Positions 9,496 to 19,180 of a DNA stretch of 64,000 nt are shown here, piece by piece. The stretch is from Candidatus Latescibacterota bacterium (GTDB taxonomy: Bacteria > Latescibacterota > UBA2968), in assembly GCA_965222605.1 (NCBI GenBank), contig OZ244960.1:32001-96000 (forward strand), read 5' to 3'. Position 1 is the stretch's first letter, and every line of letters begins with the position of its first letter. A program made the position numbers and the translations under genes. The notes under the pieces are model-generated. The model saw only the letters and a program-made list of their open reading frames with translations. It did not search any database and was not told the DNA's origin.

Positions 9496-10569
9496 ATGGA
9501 TGTGAAATTTGATTTTTGTCCAAAAATATTTTTGGTAATGGTCCTTTGTGGGCTGGTCGCCTGTGAGCGGCAAGCGGAACAGCGCACAGTTGATCTGACG
9601 GTTCCCGTTACTGTTCAATCTGTGGAGACGGGAACAATCGAATCCATTGTGACGGCTACCGGAACCCTCAGACCAGTGCGCGTGGCCCAGATCACAACGG
9701 AAATTCGCGGAAGTCTGTACTGGAGCAAAGGGAGCAACAACCGCTTGCTCGCCAAGGGGTCGGAGGTTAAAAAGGGGCAAACCATAGCGAAAGTCGACAG
9801 TGATGAATGGGTTGTCGGCGCGCGGGTGGAAGCGCGTAAACTGGCGGTTGAGACAACCAGGCGAACGCTAGAGGAGCAAGAAACCCTGTTTAGCCGACAA
9901 TTGGCAACGGAAATGAACGTTGAAAATGCGCGCAAAGCATGGGCCGATGCAGAAGCCAACTACCAGGATGCCCTCATCAAGATCGATAAAACCAGGCTTA
10001 TAGCCCCCATTCATGGCGTCATGTCGGAACTTGCGGATATTACGCAGGGAACGCTGGTGACTCCAAATACCACAATCGCAAAAATTATGGATTATTCACA
10101 GTTATATGTCGATCTGAAAATTCCAAATGCCCAGATTATTAACGTGAAATTGGATCAGGGCATCCGCGTGAGCAATTACGCTTTGCCCGAAGAAATTTTT
10201 GAGGGCGAAATAGTCGAGATGGATCCCGCCATCGATCCGGTCACGCGCACGGTTCAGGTCGTTGGGTTGGTCGATAATCCCGACTTGCTTTTGCGAGCGG
10301 GTATGTTTGTCAAAACAGAAATAGTCACGGAATCGCGGCAAAATGTCGTACTTATTGCGCGCAATCTCGTTTTGCGGCGGCGAAATCAGAAGGTCGTTTT
10401 TGTCGAAGAAGAAGGCCGCGCACAACAGCGAGAAGTCGAAACCGGCCTGGAAGACCGAGATCGCGTGGAAATTGTGGTTGGACTTGAACCGGGAGAACAA
10501 TTGATCACGAGCAATTACGAAACACTGAGGCCGCGGACTCGAGTGCGGGTCACGGGAGATAGACGATGA
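9496..10569 (+). CDS. RND efflux periplasmic adaptor (membrane fusion protein), probable lipoprotein
   Basis: LVAC lipobox-like motif; TGTL.P, APIHG, DP.IDPVTRT, L.AGMF, VETG, GL.PGEQLIT motifs; exact start uncertain. Confidence 0.92.
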   Translation: MDVKFDFCPKIFLVMVLCGLVACERQAEQRTVDLTVPVTVQSVETGTIESIVTATGTLRPVRVAQITTEIRGSLYWSKGSNNRLLAKGSEVKKGQTIAKVDSDEWVVGARVEARKLAVETTRRTLEEQETLFSRQLATEMNVENARKAWADAEANYQDALIKIDKTRLIAPIHGVMSELADITQGTLVTPNTTIAKIMDYSQLYVDLKIPNAQIINVKLDQGIRVSNYALPEEIFEGEIVEMDPAIDPVTRTVQVVGLVDNPDLLLRAGMFVKTEIVTESRQNVVLIARNLVLRRRNQKVVFVEEEGRAQQREVETGLEDRDRVEIVVGLEPGEQLITSNYETLRPRTRVRVTGDRR

Positions 10570-13500
10570 ATTTGCCGGAATTTTCAACGCGATATCCCGT
10601 GACAATTGCCATGGCGACCCTCGCGGTGGTATTGCTCGGCTGGATATCACTGGACGGTTTGGGAACCGATCTCTTGCCCGATTTGCAGACGCCTGTCGTC
10701 ACCATAGACCTAACAGCACCGGGCAAATCGCCCATCGAGATCGAAGAAATCTACACGCGCAGACTCGAACGCGATGTGAGCACCATTAAGGGCGTCAAGC
10801 GCGTATATTCGATTACCCGCTCGGGACAAGCCGTGGTCATTGCGGAATTTGCCTGGGATGCGGACATGGATTATGGGTTGCTCGACGTGCAAAAAAAAGT
10901 GGGGCGCTATGCGGCAAATGAAGATGTATCGCAGTTGGATGTGACGCGCGAAGACCCGCTCGCGCTCGCGGTGATGCGAATAGCGATTACGGCAGACAAA
11001 AATACAGAACTCGACGCACTAATGGGTACGGTAGAATTGCTGATCAAACCGAAATTGGAAGCCCTCGAAGGCGTGGCATCTGCCGAGGTGGAAGGGGGGA
11101 CAGAAAAGGAAGTGCGCGTTTCGCTAGATCCCTATTTGCTCGAAGCGTTTGGACTTTCACCCGATGCAGTCATCAACCGCATCGCGCAAGCGAATGCCGA
11201 TGTATCCGGAGGCACACTCAGAGAAAATCAGCAGTCGTATCTGGTCAAAGCCCTCGGTCGCTTAAATGACATAAACGATGTACGAGAAGTCATTGTGGGA
11301 GAAAAGCGTGGGGGAGGGGGCGCGGTTTCTGGAGACCGCGTGCCGGTGCGCGTGCGCGACGTGGGCACGGTTGATCTGGAATATCAAGAGCGAGAAACCA
11401 TTGTACGCCTCAATGGACACGAATGCGTTGGCCTCGCCATTTACAAAGAAGCCGGCAGCAATACAGTCGCTGTGGTCAACACGGTATTGGATGCAATAGA
11501 CGACCTCGAAGCAGATTTGAGCGGCATGCAGTTCACAACTGTCGAAAATCAGGCGCGATTTGTCGAAGATGCCATAGGCGAAGTCGAAACATCTGCTATA
11601 CATGGGGCATTTTTGGCGATTCTCGTGCTTTTGCTCGCGTTGCGGAGTTGGACGGTGACGCTGGTGATTGGGTTGGCGATTCCCATTTCCGTATTGGCGA
11701 CGTTCACGCTCATGTACTTTGAGGACCTGACCCTGAATATTATGACGCTGGGCGGGTTGGCGCTGGGCGCGGGTATGCTCGTTGACAATGCCATTGTAGT
11801 TATTGAGAATATTTATCGGCATCTGGAAAGCGGCGAGGATGCGCGCACAGCATCGAGCCGCGGCGCATCTGAAGTCGGCGTGGCAATTCTGGCCTCAACG
11901 TTGACGACCGTGGCTGTTTTTTTGCCCATTGTCTATTTGCAAGGGCTGGCTGGCAAACTCTTTGTGGATCAGGCGTGGACTGTTGCATTTTCGCTGCTGT
12001 CATCGCTGGTTGTGGCAATGACGACGATTCCGATGCTGACGTCGCGCATTTTTAGGCGGTTGAATACCACGCGCCACATGACCATTCGGTCGGACAAATA
12101 CTATCGGTTTCTCAATAGTATTTTGAATCACAAACCCATCCTGCTCGTCGTCGTGCTGCTGATTCTTGGCGGAACGGGATATATCGCCCGCGAGTTGCAG
12201 ACCGAATTTATCCCGCGCGAAGATCAGGGGCTGTTTCAAATTGACCTCACACTATCCGAAGGCTCGCGTGTAGAACTAAGCGATCGGGTCGCCCTGCACG
12301 CCAAAGAGATCGTCGAAAGCGTTGGGGGGGACGATGTGGCGCATGTGTACGCGCTGGTCGGCCTCAATCCCGCCCGGGTATCGAGCGGAGGCGAACCGAC
12401 GGGTCCCAATCGCGCGACTCTATCGGTGGCTTTAGAGACACAGCGATCGCGCAGTGTCAGCGAATTGGTGCGCGATCTGGATCCCATTTTGAGTGCTATG
12501 CACGATATTGAGGTGAAATACAAGCTGCACGAAACCGCGCTCGAAGGCGTGATGGGGGGGCAAGAAGCACCCATTCAGGTCGAAGTGTCTGGGGAAAATC
12601 TCGATATTTTGGCGCGTATCACAAAAGAACTTCAGGTGAGGATCGAGGACCTGCCTTCGGTGTACAATGTACGCACGAGTTTTCAAGGTGGACAGCCAGA
12701 AGTCGATCTGGCGATTCGCGATGAAGTGGCATCGGCTTTTGGACTGACCACGCAGACCATCAGCCGCACATTGGAAAGACAACTGTCGGGTGAAGTTGCC
12801 GGCGAACTGTCTAAAGACCAGCGCACGAGAGATATCCGCGTGAAATATCGAGATGTCGATCTGCGCGAACTCCGCACCATGCAAATCGAGGGATCAGATG
12901 GCGCAATCCTGACATTGGGGGATATTGCCGATCTCAATATTATTGAAGGTCCCCGCGAAATTTTGAGAGAAAATCAGCGGCGCGTGGGGCGCATTACGGG
13001 ATATCTCACAGAAGGGCGCATTTTAAGTGAATCCATTGCCGACATACGCGCCACCATACAGGCTATGGCCGTGCCGTCGGGGTACCGCATTGAAATTGGC
13101 GGGGAAGAGCGCGAGCGCGCAGCGTCATTTGAAAGTCTCAAATTCGCACTCCTGCTTTCAATTGTGCTGGTCTATATGGTTATGGCATCGCTATTTGAAT
13201 CCACGCTCCATCCGTTCACCGTGATGTTTTCCGTTCCTTTAGCTGGCGTCGGTGTGGTGTTCGGATTCTATCTTTTGGGCGAACCGCTCAGTGTAATGGC
13301 CTATATCGGCATTATTATGCTGGGCGGTATTGCGGTCAACGATGCGATCGTGCTCGTGGATCGCATCAACCAACTCAGGCAAGCTGGCATGGCGTTGCGA
13401 GAAGCGGTCCTCCAGGGCGGGCAGGACCGCTTGCGCCCCATTATGATGACGAGTGCGACGACCATTCTCGCTCTGCTGCCCATGGCAATCGGCTTTGGCG

Positions 13501-13631
13501 AGGGGGCAAAATTGCGCGCGCCTATGGCTATTGCCGTCATTGCCGGTCTGGTGACATCTACATTGATGACCTTACTCGTGATACCTACCCTGTATGAACT
13601 GATTGATCGACTTCGGGGGAAATCCGCGTGA
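10566..13631 (+). CDS. RND efflux permease (AcrB/AcrD/AcrF family)
   Basis: 1021 aa; [50 protein letters not shown] overlap with the MFP gene. Confidence 0.95.
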   Translation: [1021 protein letters not shown]

Positions 13632-16600
13632 CACTTGCTGGTATTGCCGTTCGGCGGCCCGTGACCACGGCCATGTTTTTTATTGGTCTGGCTATTTTGG
13701 GTGCGATTTCACTGGATCGATTGCCCGTTCAGATATTTCCAGAACTCGTTCGCCCAGAAGTCTTTATTACGCTCAATCAGCAGGGCTATTCGCCCGAACA
13801 GGTCGAGCGAGATCTGGTGATGCCCGTCGAGAGGGAAGTGGGTAAACTCGAAGGTATTGAGGCGTATGAGTCCTTTTCGCGCCAGAACAATGGCGGGGTA
13901 CGCATTTCCTACGCACCCAATACGGATATGAAATTCGCATTGCTGCAGCTCGAGAGCCGCATCACGCGCCTGCAACCGCTTTTGCCCGAAAGAACGCGGG
14001 TCAATGTACAGCGCTTTGATTCTTCTGACTTGAGTGCCTCAGTGATGCAAATTCACGTGTTGGGCGAGGGTGATATAAACTGGTTGCGTGAATTTGCCGA
14101 GGAGAAAATCAGGCCGGAATTAGAAGCGGTCGATGGCGTTGTCAACGCGCAAGTCCTGGGCGGACAAAGAACAGCTATTGAAATTATTGTCGATCCATTG
14201 ATGCTACAAGCACACCAGCTTTCGATGTCTGATATTCGCAATCGCATCAATGCGTTTAATACACGGCGACAATATCTCGGGCGGGTGTATGACGGCAATC
14301 AGACCTATGCGGTCAGCATTCAGGGCCAATTTACAGATCTCGTGCAAATCCGCAGGGTCGTAATCAAGCCGGAATTGCCCCTGCACCTTGGCGACATTGC
14401 CGAAATCCGCTACGGTCTTCAGGAGCGCACGGACCTGCAACGCATCAATGGCAAAGCCGCCGTTGGCATTCGCATTCAAAAAGACGACGAAGCCAATCTG
14501 ATCGACATTGCAGAGATACTCGAAGACACCATCGAACGCATAAATCGCGATCTCGTCTATGAAAATATTCAGCTCGTGATCAGCCAGAACCAGGCAGAGA
14601 TTATGAACGAAGCCCTCAATATCCTCAAACGGGCCGCTGTTGTCGGGGGATTGCTCGGGCTTTTTGTTTTGTTCTTGTTTTTGAGAAATCTGCGCTTTGT
14701 CGCTGTTTTGCTCCTCGCCATTCCGTGTTCTTTGCTGCTCACATTTAATCTGATGTATATGTGGAATCTCAGTTTGAATGTGCTCTCGATGTGCGGCCTC
14801 GCGCTTGCAATTGGTATGTTGACGGACAATGGCATTGTGGTCATGGAAAATATCTTCAAGCATTTTGAACAGGGCAAATCCCCCAAAGAAGCCGCAAAAG
14901 CCGGAACCGATGAGGTCGCACGCGCCGTTGTTGCGGCAACAGCGACTACGATTACGGTTTTTTTACCCGTAGTTTTTATTCAAAGCGACTTTCAGGATAT
15001 CCTGCGAGAACTCGCGCTGTCTATGACATTTCCGCTGCTTGCCTCTCTTCTCGTTGCTCTTACACTCGTGCCTGCCCTCGCATCAAAAACCCTCTCCCTC
15101 GCATCCAGGCCGCCAACAGAAACAGGCACGTTGATTGAGATGTACACAGTGTGTCTCAAAGCGGGCTTGCGCCACAGAATCAGCGTGTCGCTGGGTATTG
15201 TCGGCGCGCTTGTCGTCACGTTGATTATTTCTTTTTTCTTTATGCTGCAACAAGATATTCGCCGAGAAGAAAGCCGTTTCACCGTCTATATCAGCATGCC
15301 CGAAGGCACGACCATTGAAGCCCTCGATGCTGTTGTTGGCGAAATTGAAAGTGCTGTGCGAGGACTCAAAGGTGTGGATCGCTTTACGACCAGTATTAGC
15401 GAAATCCAGGCGAGTATAAATGTAGAGCTTTTGCCCTTATCCGAACGCCCCGATCAGATTTCTGTCGATCTCATCAAAGAGAATCTCGAGGAGTCATTCG
15501 CCGATGTCCAAGACGCGATTGTGAGCTATGAGGCCATCGCGCGCACGGGTAGGGGAGGTGGTGGTGGACGCGGAGGTGGGGGGAGGGGGATTCGGGGCGC
15601 CGGTCAGGCCTCTGGCGGATTCAATCTGGAAGGGGGGACACCTTCGGAAATGGCTGTGATTCGCGGCTACGATTTTACAGTGCTTCAAATGCTGGCCGAC
15701 GATCTGGTCTATCGCCTCGAAGAATTGGAGGAAATCGATCCCAATAGCGTGCGAGCCGATGCAGAACGCGGCGCGTCTGAAGTGCATGTTTTGCCCGATG
15801 AAGAAGTGATGTTTGATCGGCGATTGCAGGTTCGTCAGGTGCTCAATGCCGTATCCGACGCCAATCCGCGCGGAGCGCGGTCCAATATTGCATTTCTCAC
15901 ACCCGAAGGCACTGAAATCCCGATTGATATTCGCAATGTTGAAGATCCCGAAGAAGAGGGGGAAGGCATTGCGGGGTTGAGACAGACGCCGATTCTGGGT
16001 GCGGGGGGGACGTACATTCCCCTTGTGGAAGTTTCGCATGTGCGCCGAGATCAGGGCAGAAGCATGATTTTGCGCACCGATCAATCGCGGCGCGTGATTG
16101 TGTCCTATAATTTCGGCGACGAAATTTTGCAATCTCAACCTCTGCTGGAAGCCTCCCGCGCTTATGTGCAAGACGTAGTCTCCGAAATGGTGCTGCCCGA
16201 AGGGTATAGCATCGAAATGATCGAGGCAGAGGAAGAGACGATTTATTACTGGATGATCGGCATTGCCGCGTTGCTCATTTTTATGATTTTGGCCTCTTTG
16301 TTTGAATCGCTTTCCGCGCCTTTGATTATTCTGTGTACGTTGCCCACAGCAATTATTGGATCGTGCTGGGCACTGGTCTTATCGGGTACGGGATTGACCC
16401 AACAAGAAGGGCCAATGGCACTGTTGGGATTTATTATTTTGGGCGGTATTGCCGTCAACAACGGGATCGTGCTGATTGACGCGATTGAAACCCTTCGCCG
16501 CCGCCGCGGGTTCAGGCGAGAACGCGCAGTGCTTGCGGCGAGCCGGTCGCGCGTGCGTCCCATTTTAATGACTTCGGCGACCACCATTTTGGGCGTGTTG

Positions 16601-18352
16601 CCTCTGGCACTCAAGTTTGGCGGCGATTACGAAATTTGGCCGCCCTTTGCGATTACACTACTGGGAGGGCTGGCAGTTTCAATGGTTTCTACTCTCGTAT
16701 TTATCCCCGTGGTGTACATGGGAATTGACCAGACCAAAGCCTGGCTGGCGGATATTGGCTGGTTCGGGATTGTATTGGGGACGGCAGCGGCAGCGGGATT
16801 GACGTATTGGGTTGACGATTATTACCAGAGTTTGTTCTGGACCTGTCTTCTGGCATTGCCGGCGTGGATGGTGTGTATGGGCGCGGTCTGGATTGTGCAG
16901 CGCATTTATCGCTCGCGTATGGCTTCTCGCGTTGAGATCGGCAGGGTCGATCATCTCGAAATTCGCAATCTGACAAAAATTTACGGCGCGCCGGGGCAGT
17001 TTAAGCGAGAATGGGATCGTTTTAAGCGGCGCAATCAGCGCCTTTCAGAGCGCGGACAGGTAATGGTAGATAAAAAGGCGATTCAGGACAGTTTGTGGTG
17101 GAAGTTGCCTCTTCTGGCTCTGCTACTTTATTTGGAAACCTATTTTGAACAGGGAACATGGATCTTTTTAACAGGGCTCGCCCTGTGGGGCCTCGTGCAT
17201 CATCTCGTGCTATGCACGGCTGCTTTGCGCGGTTTCCAGATTGAGAACCGATGGATATTGCAAATCGCCCGATTGATTTTGCCGCTGGTCTTTGTGGCCT
17301 TTGTTCATTGGCGTTTGGAACTTCTGTCTTTGACCATAGCCACTTGTGCAATTTACTTGCTCTATCGCATTATCGGATTTTTGGCAGATCGCGTTGCACG
17401 AGGCCGCGTTGATCCCGAACATATACCGGGGCGGTTAGGACCTGTTAAAGGTATTGTGTATCGCGGTGCTGCAGCCGTTCCCATCATTGGTGTTCCCCGC
17501 CCGCAATTCCAGGCCCTCGGCGGCGTGAGTCTCGATATTCCGCGCGGGATGTTTGGGCTTTTAGGCCCCAATGGCGCGGGCAAAACCACGCTGATGCGGA
17601 TTGTGTGTCGGGTTTTGTCGTCAAATTACGGATCAGTGCTCGCCAATGGCAAAACGCCGCTCACCCATCGGAATATGCAGGGGGTGATTGGATATTTGCC
17701 GCAGCACTTTGGCCTGTATTTGCACATGTCTGCGTATAATTATCTGGAATACCGCGCGCTTTTGGAGGGATTTAAGGACGGGGTAGCACGGCGCAAGCGC
17801 GTTCAGGAATGTCTGGAGCAGGTCAATCTGTGGGACAGGCGCGACGACCCGATTGGTTCGTTCTCTGGCGGTATGAAACAACGCGTGGGCATTGCACAAA
17901 CCCTGTTGCACTTACCACAGATTATTGTGGTGGATGAGCCAACAGCGGGATTGGATCCACTCGAGCGGATCCGGTTTAGAAATTTACTGGCGCGATTTAG
18001 CCAGGAAAAAATCATTATTTTTTCCACGCATATTGTCGAAGATATTGCGGGCAGTTGCAACCGATTGGCCGTGCTGAATCACGGCAAGGTGCTCTATACG
18101 GGAACCCCACTTGAAATGCGCGATTTGGCGCGCGATAAGGTGTGGGAAGCCCTGCTACCAGATCCGCGTTTTGAAGCGTTGGAACGCGACCTGGATATGA
18201 TTACACATGTGCGCGTGCCCGATGGGATTCGGGTGCGATTTCTCGCAACCGATCCCATCCCAGAAGCGCGTGTAGTTGATCCCACCCTCGAAGATGCATA
18301 CCTCTATCTTTTGCGACATGGCGATGAATACAAACAGGCTAACATGGCGTGA
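13628..18352 (+). CDS. RND permease fused to extra TM helices and a complete ABC ATPase domain
   Basis: aa 1-~1035 RND ([34 protein letters not shown]). The C-terminus has [27 protein letters not shown] and STH in the same uninterrupted frame. Confidence 0.9.
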   Translation: [1574 protein letters not shown]

Positions 18353-19052
18353 GTTGTTTTTCTTTGTCGGGAAATTGCACAGCCTGAGCATGAGAATCGT
18401 TTTTCACCGCAAAATGATTTTTATGTTCGGCGGAATTGTGGCGTATTACGCAATTTTGTACGCGATCGCAATCTGGCGTCCCGGTGAGGGGTTTTCAGTC
18501 GAGCAAGCCCTCCATGTATTGGTCGAAGTGCCAGGCACGGTGCTTGCGATCTATCTAACGATGGATCTGGTGTCCGGGGAGAGAGATAAGGATACGCTTG
18601 AAATTTTGTTCAGTACGGCTATCAGCCACTACGCGACATGGTCCGTGAGAATTGTGTCGATCTGTGCTGCGCTATTTGCCACGCTGATGGTGATGAGCAC
18701 GATTTCCTACTATTTTTTTGCAGAGTTTCCCTATCTCCTGGGCGGATTGAATGCCTGTATCCCTGCCTTTTTTATGGTGGGGGCCACATTTCTATTTTCG
18801 GTATTGTGTCGCAGTGGCAATGCGGCCGGCATGCTCGCTGTTGGGCTTTTGATTGCGGTTTTGCTTTCGACCGAGACGTTTGAGGATACATCGTATTACC
18901 TTTTTCTCAAACCATTTGACGCGCCTTCAGATTTAGATACCAGCTTGTGGATAAATCGCGTGGTGTTAAACCGCGCGGGCATTGCCATTCTGGGTATATT
19001 GTTCATTTTTCTGGCTCTGAGACGAATGATAGAGCGCGAAAAGCTGCTGTAA
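18318..19052 (+). CDS. ABC-2 type permease
   Basis: ~6 TM; ERDKDTLEILFS motif typical of ABC-2 permeases; start 18318 or 18324. Confidence 0.8.
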   Translation: MAMNTNRLTWRELFFFVGKLHSLSMRIVFHRKMIFMFGGIVAYYAILYAIAIWRPGEGFSVEQALHVLVEVPGTVLAIYLTMDLVSGERDKDTLEILFSTAISHYATWSVRIVSICAALFATLMVMSTISYYFFAEFPYLLGGLNACIPAFFMVGATFLFSVLCRSGNAAGMLAVGLLIAVLLSTETFEDTSYYLFLKPFDAPSDLDTSLWINRVVLNRAGIAILGILFIFLALRRMIEREKLL

Positions 19053-19180
19053 AAGCAACCACAGAAAAACCGCTCTCTGTGAATGTTTTTGGGTTTATCT
19101 TGCCCAAACTGCGCGATTTATATACTTTGAATACCTTAGCATGTTAAAATCTCATAATAGGGTAGGGGAGGAGAACATTT

